This document shows, one piece after another, positions 1-11,000 of a stretch of 64,000 nucleotides of DNA. How positions within the stretch are numbered: the stretch's first letter is position 1; each line of letters opens with the position of its first letter. The notes beneath the pieces were generated by a model. It was not told the origin of the DNA. It did no database searches and was given only the letters and a program-made list of their open reading frames with translations. This DNA comes from an uncultured Planctomycetota bacterium (GTDB lineage: Bacteria > Planctomycetota > UBA11346): positions 657 to 64,656 of the forward strand of contig CAWFSD010000055.1 of assembly GCA_963818245.1 (NCBI GenBank), written 5' to 3'. A program made the position numbers and the translations under genes.

Positions 1-3000
1 GGCGCGCACGCGACCTTCAGCGTCCCGCTGCCCAGCGCCTGCTGGCGCGCCTGCTCGTTGCGCACCTGGAACTCGCGCGCCTTGGCGAGGTCGGCGGCGG
101 TCACGGTCAGCGCGCGCTCGGGCAGGCGGCGCAGGGTGTCCAGCTGGTCGACCCGCACCAGGCTGCTGTGGCCGCCGTCCGCGAGGTAGACCTCGCCGTC
201 CGCGGTCTGGGTGAGCGACGGCCAGAAGTTCTCGTCGTGCGGCGAGACGTCGTTGAGCAGCATGCCGCGCTCGGCCACCGGCATCGACCACGGCTTGCCC
301 AGGCGCACGTCCTTGAACAGCTCGGCGACGAAGCAGCCCGTCGGCGGTGAACAGGTACATCTTGCCCATGTTGCCGTTGAAGCCCAGAGCGGGCCGGCGT
401 CGCTGCCCGCGGGGTGAAGGGGATGCCGAGCAGGCGCGTGGCGCCGACCAGCTCGCCGGGGAACTCGGGCACCGGCGCCTCGTGCGAGGCGTGCAGGCCG
501 GGCCACAGGTTCGGGTACGACCAGCGCGGCTCGCCCTTGAAGGCGCCGGTCAGCGAGTACGGCGAGTACGGCGCGATGCCCAGCGACTGCACCGTCCAGC
601 CGTCGGCGAACGACCAGGCCTGGTCGCCGCCGCTGCTGCGCGGGTAGTCGACGCCGCTCGCCACCACCTGCCCGGCGGCGAGGTCGTAGGACAGGCGCTC
701 GCCGGTGATGGTCGGCGCATAGCGCCTGGTGTTGCCGTCGACGCGGGCGATGGTCACGGCCAGGTCGGCCTGCACCACCACGCCGCCGGCGCCGGCCTTG
801 ATCATCGTCACCTCGTCGGGCTGGACCTGGCCGTCGCCGTTCGCGTCGGACCACGCGACCAGCGCGCGGTTCCCACCACGGTCGCCCGTGGGGTTGATCC
901 CGGCCGGCCAGCGCGACGCGAAGGCGGGCTGCTTGAGCAGCGCCCAGTGCTGGGCCTGGCCGATCGCCGCGGCCGGCAGCGCCATGCCACCGCGCTCGCG
1001 CCAGATGGTCGCGAGGTCGGCGCCGCCCACCGGCGAGCTGTTGTGCCAGTTCGAGTACCAGCGCTTTCCGCCGACGTCGTGCGGCATCTCCGGCAGCCCG
1101 TCGTTGTCGCCGGTCCAGCCGAGCGCCCCTGCGGATTCGCGGCGGAACAGCACCGCTCCAGCCGGTCGTCGCCGGTCTTCCAGTCGAGGCGGAAGGCCAT
1201 GCCCGAGAAATAGAAGCGCGTCTTGTCCTGGGGGTCGAGGGAGCCGCCGCCGCCATAGCCCGAGGGCCCGAAGAAGTCGTTGACCAGCTTGCCGTCCAGG
1301 GTCCACACGCTGACGCGCTTGGGCTGGAAGTCCTCCTCCGCCACCCACAGCTGGTGCTGGCTGTCGATGGTGACGCCGCAGGGGTTGTTGAGGTGGTGGG
1401 GATCGTACGGCCCGGCTTTCGGCGGGCCCGCCGTGCCGATGGCGCGGCGCAGGCGACCGTCGGGGCCGAAGACCTTGACCTGATGGCTGGCGCCGCGGTC
1501 GGCGATGTAGATCGCGCCATCGTCGGCGACGGTGAACTGCTGCGGATCCTCGAGGCCCTGCACCAGCACCTGCGGCGCCGGCAGCGCGACCTTGCCGTCC
1601 GGCCGGCCCGCGAGCGCGTAGCGCACCAGCTGCTTGCCGACGAGGACGAGCAGCGCGCCGTCGCGGTCGAAGCCGAGGCTGCCGGCGCCGTCGAGCTCGG
1701 CGGAGCCGAGCTCCTTGCCGGCCTTGGCATCGATGAACAGCAGCTCCTTCTGCAGCGGCAGGCTGCACACCAGCAGGTCGTCGTGCACCGCCAGGCCGGC
1801 GAGCATGACCTTGGGCGAGCGCGTGATGGTGGGCTTGATCAGCACCTGGTCGTCGCCGCTGGTCAGGCGCACGATGCGCACCTCCTTCTCCCACGCCGCC
1901 GCGGCGTAGGCGATGGCCTGCGGGTCCGCCTTGGCGCCGGCGTCGCGCGCCAGCCATTGCGCGCCGGTCCACACGCCCCCGCCGCCGAGCCAGCCCTCGC
2001 CGCCCTGCTTGCGGCCCTGCTCGTCGACCCAGATCAGGCCGTGGCCGCCCTCGGAGACGTAGCTGCCGATGTAGACCTGGGCGCTGCCGCTGCGCGAGCG
2101 CGACGCCGGGACCGCCAGCACGCTGCGCGGCGGCGTGTGGTTGGTGGTCCAGCCGCCGGGGCCGTTGCCGGTGGTCCACGACGGCGTGCCGGGATTGTAG
2201 GGCGAGAACTCGAAGCGCAGGTCGAGCGGCTTGAGCGTCACCCCACGCACCGTGTAGGCGCCGGGCGCGACGAACTGCCCGGGCACGCTGTACAGGCCGT
2301 GCCGCGCCGCCTCGGGATCGCGGCCGAGGTCGTCCATGCCGTCCCACCACGCGGTGTTGTCGCCGGCGGGGAAGGGCGTCGCGCTGATCAGGTTGCGCAC
2401 GCGCTTGCCGTCGGCGCCATCGATCACCAGGGTGACCAGGCCGGGCTGGTCGAGGTGGAAGGGCACCGCGATCGGCGGGTGCTCGGCCGCGGCCTGGGGC
2501 GGGGCAGCGGGGCGAGCGGCGCCGTGCCGAGCGCCGCGAACGCCATCAGCTCGTCCAGCCAGACGCGCCTGCCGTCCTTGGTCTTGCCGTGCAGGTGGCC
2601 ATGCGCATGGCTCTCATCGATGGCGCGAGCAGGCGCACGCGCACGGCGCGGGTGGTGACGGTCTCGGGGAAGGGCAGCGCGATCGGGCACAGCGGGCGCG
2701 GATACCCGGGATCGCTGGCCGTGGCCGGCACCACCGTGCGCCATTGGCTGTCATCGGCCTCGGCGGGGTGGCGATCCGGGGGCGCGGTGCATACCTGCAC
2801 CTCGACGCTGCTCGCGCCGACGTTCAGGCCGGCGATGCCGGCGATCGCCTGCGGCTGCGGCCACGCCAGCATCACCCAGGCGGGATGCTCGCGCGACACC
2901 GGCAGGTCCTGGCCCTGCTCGCCGTTGTCCCAGGCCTCCCAGCCGTTGGTGCGGCCGTCATTGACGCGTGGCGCATGCGTGCCGACGCCGCTGCTGGTGG

Positions 3001-3580
3001 CGAGCGCCGCCGGCGCGAGGTTGGGGAGGCGCGGCACCAGCACCCAGACCCCGCCCACCCAGCCGGTGAATCTGGTCGACGGGCTGGGCGACGTGGGTGA
3101 AGCGCAGGGCGCGCGTGGTGGTGCCCGGCGGCAGCATCCAGGCGGCGTAATCCTGACGCTCGGCGGTGGCGATCACCCCGGCGGTGCCGGCGCGCTGCGC
3201 GGGCAGCCACTGCGACTCGTCGCCGGGATCGCCCGGATAGGCCGCGCCGGGCTTCAGCACGCTCAGGGTCTCGCCGCGGGCGATCACCGTGCCGACCGCG
3301 ATCGCCTTGGTGAAGCCGAGGCGCAGGTGGCGCGGGCCGGCCTTGGGACCGTCGCCGAAGTGAGACCGAAGCCGGTCAGGCCGTCGCGGGTGCAGAACAG
3401 CGAGGCCGGGCCCTCCTTGAGGCGCTCGGGACCGAGCGCGGACAGGTGCCCGTCCACCCATTCCGCGACGCGGCGGCGTCGAGATCCGCGGTGGTCAACG
3501 GCGTCTGCAGGTCCACCGCCGGGGCGGCGGAGGCGGCGAGCGAAGGCAGGCGAGCAGGCGGAGCAGGCGGAGATGGTCAT
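1..3580 (-). pseudogene. Large secreted discoidin(F5/8 type C)-like / FlgD-Ig-like / NHL-type beta-propeller protein. It is interrupted by about 8-11 single-nt frameshifts, and its 3' end runs off the window.
   Basis: The minus-strand translation is protein-like only if the reading hops between frames. Segments in order: ATG at 3580 (MTISACSACS..). ORF 2958..3461 (FGDGPKAGPRHLRLGFTKAIAVG..ALRFTHVAQPVDQI). ORF 2546..3058 (VWVLVPRLPNLAPAALATSS..NDGRTNGWEAWDNGEQGQ..AVRVRLLAP, discoidin-like). ORF 2424..2744 (IDESHAHGHLHGKTKDGRRVWLDELMAF). ORF 808..2466 (PFHLDQPGLVTLVIDGADGKRVRNL, then propeller-like repeats). ORF 107..2350 between ~1150 and ~415 (GWTGDNDGLPEMPHDVGGKRWYSNW..). Finally an untracked frame 335..1 (FVAELFKDVRLGKPWSMPVAERGMLLNDV..TLKVACA). 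The junctions fall mostly at G/C runs. Confidence 0.6.
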
Positions 3581-3782
3581 GGCGGTTCCGGTCGGGGGGG
3601 TGGCGCAGAGCTGGGTACCGCCGCGCGCCTGCGCCGTTCCCGTCCGCGCCCGCGGCGACGGGGCGTTTCACTCCGCGAATGAAACAACCGCGGGGGGGTC
3701 GAGCGCCAGCTCGACCACGGGTTCTGCGACCTCGCGATGACCGGGCTGGCGCACTCCCCCAGCACGCCGCCGTCACCGCCCA

Positions 3783-4874
3783 TCAGGACGGCAGGCACTC
3801 GTCCGCGAAGCGCGCCGGCACGGTCACGCCGGTGTCCGGAGTCCCGCCGGCGTCGATCCACGCCAGGCAGCGCTCCAGCAGCTCGCGCGCGTCGTAGCCC
3901 AGGCGCCGCACCGGCAGCAGCGCGCGCGTCGGCCACGGGAAGTTGCAGTGCGCCACCACCTCGACGTCCCCGGGCACGCGCACGCCCGCGGCGATCAGCC
4001 CGGCGGTGGCGTGCTCGACCAGGTTGTCGTCCAGGATCAGCAGCGCGTCTGGGCGGTCGTCCGGACCGCCGCTCATCAGCAGGTGCGTGAAGCTGCGCGC
4101 GCCGACCGCGGTGCCGGGATCGGTGGTGTGCCACCAGTACGGCCGCGTCGCCAGCCAGCGCGCCGCCAGCGCGTCCAGGGTGCGCTCGCGGTAGGCGCCG
4201 TCCTTGCCCGGCACCGAGAGCACCGCGACGCGCGTGCGGCGGCGCGCGCGGAAGTGGTCCAGCGCCTTGGTGATGAAGCTCTCGTCGTCCAGGGTCACCG
4301 CGGCGACGCCCGCGAGCTCGCGCCGCATGATCGCGATGCGCGGGATCCCCGGTGTCGTCAGCACCGGCGTGCGCGCCAGCGAGCTCGGGTCCACGGCGAA
4401 GACCAGGCCGGCCAGGCGCCCGTGGCCGAGGTCGCGCACCAGGCGCTGGTAGTCCGCGCCGCGGGCGTTGCCGTCGACACCGTTGTAGACGCTCAGGCGC
4501 CGCGCGCCCGGGGCCCCGGACAGCTGACGCGCCTCGTTGGTCAGCGCCGTCCAGAAGTGCACCGGGACCGCACCGTGCGCGACCGGCACGACCAGGCCGT
4601 AGTGGTGGGCGCAGGGCGGGTGGTCGACCACGAAGGTGCCGCGGTTGGCGCGCGTGGCGATGAAGCCATCGGCCGCGAGGCGGTCGAGCGCGCGCTGCAG
4701 GGTGGCGCTGGCGACGTCGAAGCGCTGCTGCAGTTCGCGCCGCGTCGGCAGCCGGCTGCCCGGCGGCAGCGAGCGGTCGCGGATGCCACCGCGCAGCGCC
4801 GCGATGATGCGGTCCTGCGCGCGCGTGCTGCGCGCCCCGGGCGCCGTGCCCGGCGGTTCGTCGGCATCAGGCAT
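3783..4874 (-). CDS. Transcriptional regulator with an N-terminal GntR-type winged HTH and a LacI/periplasmic-binding-protein-like sugar-binding domain
   Basis: Intact 363-aa ORF. The HTH segment is LPTRRELQQRFDVASATLQRALDRLAADGFIATRANRGTFV. The C-terminal part has a PBP-fold-like pattern (DALLILDDNLVEHATAGLIAAGVRVPGDVEVVAHCNF). High GC3. Confidence 0.85.
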   Translation of the reverse strand: MPDADEPPGTAPGARSTRAQDRIIAALRGGIRDRSLPPGSRLPTRRELQQRFDVASATLQRALDRLAADGFIATRANRGTFVVDHPPCAHHYGLVVPVAHGAVPVHFWTALTNEARQLSGAPGARRLSVYNGVDGNARGADYQRLVRDLGHGRLAGLVFAVDPSSLARTPVLTTPGIPRIAIMRRELAGVAAVTLDDESFITKALDHFRARRRTRVAVLSVPGKDGAYRERTLDALAARWLATRPYWWHTTDPGTAVGARSFTHLLMSGGPDDRPDALLILDDNLVEHATAGLIAAGVRVPGDVEVVAHCNFPWPTRALLPVRRLGYDARELLERCLAWIDAGGTPDTGVTVPARFADECLPS

Positions 4875-4878
4875 GGTA

Positions 4879-4894
4879 CGTGGTACTTACCACG
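4879..4894. promoter_or_regulatory. Candidate GntR-family operator: perfect palindrome CGTGGTA-CT-TACCACG, preceded by a further TGGTAC copy
   Basis: The sequence catGGTACGTGGTACTTACCACGcc abuts the regulator start codon (4872-4874) in the divergent intergenic region towards 5096. The TGGTA..TACCA half-sites resemble FadR/GntR-type operators. Confidence 0.4.
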
Positions 4895-5095
4895 CCGAGG
4901 CGGTGTTGTCAGGGGAGCGGCCCCGCCGCTTCGCCATGCGATCCTGTCGTCCATGACCGAAGAGTCCTTGCGGTGAATGATCCTGCGCCATGATCGGCCG
5001 GGCCGCTCGCCTGCGATCAGGTGATACGACCATCCGACGCCGTCCGGCTTCTCGAGTTCCGATCTCGATCATTTCACCATCTCCGGGAACCGCCC

Positions 5096-7174
5096 ATGTC
5101 ACTATCGACCGCGCTCCGTGGCCTCGTCCTCTGCCTGTGCTGCGCGCTCGCCTCTGCCGAGGATGGGCTCTGGGTCGCCACGGGGAGCCTGGGGAACGGG
5201 CGGTTCGGTCACACCGCCACCGTGCTGAAGGACGGGACCGTGCTGGTGGCCGGCGGGCAGAGCGCGACCGCTTACCTCACGACCTCCGAGATCTACCATC
5301 CGGCGACCCGGACCTGGACCCTCACCGGGCCCACGGTGGCTCCGCACATGAACGCGACCTCGGTCCTGCTGGGCGATGGGCGCGTGCTGGTGGTCGGCGA
5401 CATCGCCACCGATCCGACGCGCTGCGAGATCTACAGCCCCAACCTGGGGACCTGGACCGAGACCACGCCGATCCCCGACCGGCGCGTGGGCCCGACCGTG
5501 ACGGGGCTCCCGGACGGCCGCGTGCTGCTCGCGGGCGGCTACCTGTTCGCCACGAATTCGAGCCTTTCCAGCTGCCTCCTGTTCAACCCCGCCACGCAGA
5601 CGTGGACCACCACGGGCAGCATGCAGGACCTGCGCAGCAACGCCTCGGCGACGCTCCTGCCCGACGGTCGCGTGCTGGAAGTCGGTGGCGACGCCACCAT
5701 CAACGGCAGCGGCAGCGTCCTCTACGCCAGCGAACTGTTCAGTCCCGCGACCGGCACCTGGGCTCCCGGCCCGGCCACGACGAACGGCCACGTGTACCAG
5801 CAGTCCGTGTCCTTCGCTGGCGGCGTCCTCGAGATCGGCGGCTACTCGTGGCCGGATGCGCTGGCGACCGAGTACCTCGGCGCCACCGGCCCGGGTTGGG
5901 TGGCCGGAGGGGAGCTCTCCGTGACCCGCTCATCGTTCGTCACGGCGCCACTCGATGGCCAGAACCTGATCATCGCCGGAGGTGGCCCCTACTCCGGATC
6001 GCCCACGGGCTACGCCACCACCGAGATCTGGAACGCCACCCAGAAGAGCTGGCGGGCCGGCCCGAGCCTGCTCGCGGCGCGGCAGTCGGCGACCGCCACC
6101 GTCCTGCCCTCGGGGACCGTCCTGGTCGTCGGCGGCGCCGAAAGCGGCATCGCCGCGCCGTATGCGACCTGCGAGATGCTCGTGCGGCTGCCGGTGGTGA
6201 GCTATGGCGAAATCGACGGCACGGTCGGCAAGCCGCTCACCTACGCGGTCACGGCGCTCCGCGACCCGGTCTCCTTCGCCGCCACCGGCCTGCCCGGGGG
6301 CATCGCGATCGATGCCACCACGGGCACCATCTCCGGCACTCCCCAGAAGGCCGGCGCGTACACCGCGAACGGCACCGCGACCAACCAGGCCGGCACGGTG
6401 CCGTTCCGCCTCGTCTTCGTGTTCACGGGCGTCCCGCCGAAGGCGAATCCCCAGCAGCTGACCGGTTACCTGGGCGCCCCGCTGCCGATCACACTCACCG
6501 GGTCCACCACCGATGGCGGCGCGCTGACCTACGCCCTCGTCAGCCCGCCGACGCACGGGACGCTGACCGGGACCCCACCCGCGCTGGTCTACCAGCCCAC
6601 CGCCGGCTTCTCCGGCACGGACAGCCTGACCTTCGTCGCCAAGGAGGGCGGCCTGACCAGCCTGCCGGCGACGGTGGGCATCAGCATCGGCGCCTTCACC
6701 GCGAGGGTGAACTTCCAGCCCGCCTCGGCGAAGGTCCCGGCCGGATACGTGCCCGACAGCGGACTGGCCTATGGACCGCGCAACGGGCTGACCTACGGCT
6801 GGAACGCCGCGGACCTGAACACCCGTGAACGCTCCTCCACGCGCTCTCCCGACGCGCGCTTCGACACCTTCGACCACCTGCAGAAGCCGGACGCGCCGCA
6901 GGCCTCGTGGTCGATCGCGGTCCCGAACGGCTGGTACGCCATCCACGTCGTCAGCGGCGACCCCGACTACGTCGACAGCGTCTACCGCCTGAACGTGCAG
7001 GGCGTGCTGGCGGTCGACGGCACCCCGACGACGGCCAACCACTGGATCCAGAGCGCCCCCGCCTTCCGCGTCCAGGTCACCAACGGCCGGCTCACGGTCA
7101 CCAGCGCTGCGGGATCGGTGAACAACAAGATCGACTTCATCGACATCCTGCAGGTGCCGACCGGCAACGGGTGA
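5096..7174 (+). CDS. Secreted Kelch-repeat beta-propeller protein with Ig-like domains and a C-terminal malectin/CBM-like domain
   Basis: Signal peptide MSLSTALRGLVLCLCCALASA. Repeated Kelch-like units (DGRVLVxGG, LPDGRVLxxGG, TGTWxxxxxM). Ig-like segment (ATGLPGGIAIDATTGTISGTP). C-terminus YGWNAADLNTRERS..NKIDFIDILQV. The long ORF is in one frame with no interruption. Confidence 0.85.
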   Translation: MSLSTALRGLVLCLCCALASAEDGLWVATGSLGNGRFGHTATVLKDGTVLVAGGQSATAYLTTSEIYHPATRTWTLTGPTVAPHMNATSVLLGDGRVLVVGDIATDPTRCEIYSPNLGTWTETTPIPDRRVGPTVTGLPDGRVLLAGGYLFATNSSLSSCLLFNPATQTWTTTGSMQDLRSNASATLLPDGRVLEVGGDATINGSGSVLYASELFSPATGTWAPGPATTNGHVYQQSVSFAGGVLEIGGYSWPDALATEYLGATGPGWVAGGELSVTRSSFVTAPLDGQNLIIAGGGPYSGSPTGYATTEIWNATQKSWRAGPSLLAARQSATATVLPSGTVLVVGGAESGIAAPYATCEMLVRLPVVSYGEIDGTVGKPLTYAVTALRDPVSFAATGLPGGIAIDATTGTISGTPQKAGAYTANGTATNQAGTVPFRLVFVFTGVPPKANPQQLTGYLGAPLPITLTGSTTDGGALTYALVSPPTHGTLTGTPPALVYQPTAGFSGTDSLTFVAKEGGLTSLPATVGISIGAFTARVNFQPASAKVPAGYVPDSGLAYGPRNGLTYGWNAADLNTRERSSTRSPDARFDTFDHLQKPDAPQASWSIAVPNGWYAIHVVSGDPDYVDSVYRLNVQGVLAVDGTPTTANHWIQSAPAFRVQVTNGRLTVTSAAGSVNNKIDFIDILQVPTGNG

Positions 7175-7180
7175 GCGCCC

Positions 7181-7981
7181 ATGAAAGTGTCCACCTTTCC
7201 CACCCTCTTCATTTCGCATGGAGGTGGGCCGTGGCCATTCCTGGATGGCTGGCGCGAGCAGTACGCCAGGACCGTGAAGGAGTTCGAGGAGATCCCACGC
7301 CGGCTGCCGACGAAGCCCAAGGCCATCCTGGTCATCTCGGCGCATTGGTCTTGCGACGCCTTCACCGTGTCGACGGGAACGCACCCGCCGATGCTCTACG
7401 ACTACTCCGGATTCCCTGAACACACGTACCGCATCCAGTATCCGGCCCCCGGGTCGCCGAACCTGGCGGCTCGAGCCAGGGAACTGCTTCACAGCGCGAA
7501 CATCACCACCGGAGAGGACGCCCAACGAGGATTCGACAGCGCCACCTTCATCCCGCTGGGCTTGATGTTTCCCGGGGCCGACGTGCCCGTCGTCATGCTC
7601 TCGCTGCGGTCGGGTCTCGATCCGGATGAACACCTGCACGTGGGTCGTGCGCTCCTCCCGCTCCGGCAGGAAGGCGTGCTCATCGTCGGGAGCGGCCTCA
7701 CGTACCACAACATGGGTGGCTTCGGCCATCCGGAGACCACCGCCGTGGCGGACGCGTTCGAAGGATACCTGAACCGAGCGGTCACCCAGCCGGTCGCGAG
7801 GCTGCGCGACGAGATGCTCCTGGACTGGGAGGAGCCCCCGGTTGCACGCGCGGCCCACCCGCATGAGGACCATCTCATGCCACTGATGGTCGTGGCGGGC
7901 GCCGCAGGACGCGATGTGGGGAAGCGCATCCTCGTGGATCACGTCAGCCACGTGACCATGGCCTCGTACCAGTTCGGGTAG
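7181..7981 (+). CDS. Class III extradiol ring-cleavage dioxygenase, LigB/YgiD (4,5-DOPA dioxygenase extradiol-like) family
   Basis: 266 aa. Motifs: LFISHGGGPW, VISAHW, MLYDYSGFPEHTYRIQYPAPGSP, HPHEDHLMPL. It starts 6 nt after the Kelch gene stop, so the two are probably one operon. Confidence 0.85.
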   Translation: MKVSTFPTLFISHGGGPWPFLDGWREQYARTVKEFEEIPRRLPTKPKAILVISAHWSCDAFTVSTGTHPPMLYDYSGFPEHTYRIQYPAPGSPNLAARARELLHSANITTGEDAQRGFDSATFIPLGLMFPGADVPVVMLSLRSGLDPDEHLHVGRALLPLRQEGVLIVGSGLTYHNMGGFGHPETTAVADAFEGYLNRAVTQPVARLRDEMLLDWEEPPVARAAHPHEDHLMPLMVVAGAAGRDVGKRILVDHVSHVTMASYQFG

Positions 7982-8010
7982 CGTTTCCAGCGCCCACACC
8001 GTGCCCCATG

Positions 8011-11000
8011 TCACGGATCGACCGCCACCCGCATCCCCGCCCGCCCACACCTTCTGCTCCGGGCGATACATACGCGTACACCGACGACGGCCTGCCCTGG
8101 CTGGTACCGGTGGCGATCGCCACGCAACTGATCGGCACGTCCCAACCCGCGCCGGCAGCCAGGCGCTCGCCGTACAGCCGGACCTCCCCATCGGCCCACT
8201 CCCAGCAACCAAGCTGGCCGGCGCGGACCAGGCGGTCGAGGGCCTCGGCGCGCGGCTCGACCCTGCCGGCAAGCCGACGATCAGCATCGGAGCATGAACC
8301 TCCGCGCGCGCCTGCACGTGCGCCAGCACCGTGCACGGCGCACCCACGGCGACGTGCGCAGGCGCGGTGATGGTCAATGCCAGCGGCGCGTCCGGAGCAT
8401 CGATCGGCTGCACCAACCGACCATCGAGCCACCACCGCCACGCCGGAGCCGGCCCGTCGCTCGTGACATCCAGCGGCCCGCCGGCCGGATCGATGGCCAG
8501 CGGCCGTTGCAGCGCCTGCTGCATGCGCACCGGGATGTCGAGCCGCACGAGCTCCTGCCCGGCGCGGCGGACGATCACCGTGGATGGGGCCGTCCGCGCC
8601 TCGTGGTCCTCGGCGGCGGCGACCGCCTCGATGGCGAGCACATCGGCCTGCGTTGTGTTCCACGCCTCGCCGTGACGCTGGGCGCCGAGCCACGCGAGGC
8701 CGCGCTGCGCCTCGCCCGCCCGCCCATCGGCCAGGCAGGCGAGCACCGCCAGGGCGGTGGCCTCGACATCGGCTGACGGCCGCCACGGCGAGGCCCCCGG
8801 CTGGACGGCGGCACCGTCCCCGTCCAGATGGATCAGGCCGGCCAGGGCGGTGGCCTGCTCCGCATCACCGGCCTCGCGCGCCAGGCGCGCGGCGAGACCG
8901 AGCGCATACGCGTCGCCCGCGGCGCGCGCCGCGGCGTAGGCGCGCGCGCGGTCGGCGGGTGGACAGTCAGCGCCCAAATCGGCGGCGATCTGCACGTCGT
9001 TCAGGTGGGAGGCGGCGCCCAGGGCTCCGGAGCTGAAACCGCCGTCCGCGCGGCGCTGCGCCAGCAACCAGACCCGCTGCCGGTCGAGCAGCGCCTGGTC
9101 GACCGCGACCACCGCCCCGAGGCGCTTGAGATGACGCAGCCCGAAGCCGGTCAGGACCGGATCTCCGGGATCGCGGCCGAACAGCGAGAATCCTCCGGAC
9201 GGGCAGGCGAAACCCTGCAGCCGCGTGACGGCGTGGGCCAGGAACGCGGTGGCGCCGCCATCGTCCTGCTGTCGCCGGCGGCGGCGCTCAGAGGACACCA
9301 GCAGCGGGTAGCTGCTGGAGGCGGTCTGCTCGAAGCACCCGTGCGGCTCGTGCAGGAAATACCGGTGCACGGCGTCGAGCAGGTCCTCGAACCCGCTCTC
9401 GATGAGGATGCCGCCGCGCAGCGTGCCGGGCGCGAAACCGTCTGCGGCTGGCAGCTCCAGGCGCGCCGCGCCGTGACGCTCGCCGCCATCGTGCCACGGC
9501 GCACCCGGGGCCTCGACGACGATCCCACCCGCGACCGCGTCGGTGCCCAGCGGCGAGGCGGTGTGCAGGCGCACCTGCGCGGTGCCGACCGCCACGGCTT
9601 CGAGCTCGAGGCGGCCGGCATGGACGACGGCACGGACGGCCGCGCCGTCGACCGCCACTTCGGCCGCGTCGGCTCCGCGCAGTCCGATGGGTGCCTCCCA
9701 GCGGTCGCCGACCAGCAGGTGCGCCGGCAGCCGCACCGTCAGCTCCACCGGCTGGCGGACCTCGAGGGTGGTTTCGGTGGCGGTGAATCCGCCACGGGCA
9801 TCGAAGGCGTCGGCGCGCAGGGTCAGGCGACGGGCGCGCGGCAGCGCGGGCAGGGACAGCGTCAGCCGTCCGGCCGCGCCGCTGGGTTCGGCCGCCCACC
9901 ACGCCACCGTCGCGTGGTTCGGCGATCCCTCGTCGCTGAGGCCGGGAAACGCGACGGTGCGGCGGTCGGCCAGGGTGGCAGCGGGCCCATTCCCTCCGAT
10001 CTGCGCATAGCGGTAGTAGACCTCCAGATCGAGCGCGGTGATGGCGCTGCACATCAACCGTCCCCACCGCGTGCCGGTCGGCCCATAGATCGCCGGGTCC
10101 CACGATCCGGCATCCGGCAGGTCGGTGCGCTGCAGGCTGACCAGCACCTCGCGCATCGTCGTGTTCCATCCGAGCCACGCGTCGCCACCGTGCTGGAAGC
10201 AGGCCAGCGTGCCCCAGTAGACGTGGAGCGGATCGAAGGGCGGCGCCAGCGGCGGCTGATCCAGCACGTGATTGATCAGGGTGTCGAACTGCACGCTGCC
10301 CGCATGGTGGCCGAGCATCACGCTCATCCAGGCACCGGCCGCGGCCCGGTCGGGTGCGTGGGCCTGGTGCGTGGTCGCATCGTAGACGGCGGGGAAGGTG
10401 GATTTGCCGCCTTGCGCGTCGAGTTGCCGCCAGTCCGGGTTGGCGGCCTTCCAGGCGATGCCCACGTAGTCCTTCGCCCGTTGCATGCCATCATTCACCC
10501 TGAGGCCGCCCGCCAGCGCGCTCTTCAGCGCCATGACGCACCAGGTGGACGTGACCGCGTCCAGGTGATCGTCGTCCGCCCGGCCCGAGGCGGCCCATCC
10601 GCCCACGGCGTGCTGCTGCTGCAGAAGGGCGTCGATGGCCAGCTGCGCCGGTCGGCGCAGGTCGTTGTCGGCGGTCATGGCGTACGCCTCCGCCAGAGCC
10701 GTCGCCACGCTGGCCTGGATCCCGGGATCGGGATCGCAGCGGCCATCGGCCCCGATCTGCCCGACCAGCCAGGTGATCGCGCGCTGCACCGTGGTCCGGA
10801 ACCGGCTCGGCGTCCGGTGATCATAGCCCGCGCCGAGGAAGACGAACGTGGCGAGGGCGCTCCCGGAACGATCGGCGGAGGCGTCGGTCCAGGTGCCGAT
10901 CCCATCCGCCTTCTCTTCCGGGTTGGACTGCTGCGGCCACTCGGCCGCGCTCCAGTGGCCGTCCGGGGACTGGTGCTGGCGGAAGAACCCGCTGTCCGAG

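Noticed and set aside
7181-7981. A possible active-site substitution in the LigB/YgiD-like dioxygenase. It has GFDSATF where, from memory, E. coli YgiD has GFDHGSW.
   Set aside because: I am relying on an unverified recollection of the reference sequence and of that histidine's role. The three metal-ligand-like motifs (SHGGGP, SAHW, HEDHLMP) are present. This is not solid enough to report without an alignment.
5930-8010. The distal third of the 2278-aa ORF 5930..12766.
   Set aside because: After the A2M-like C-terminus (~8011-8290) the frame is read-through antisense to the dioxygenase and Kelch genes. It results from a frameshift that removes the natural stop.
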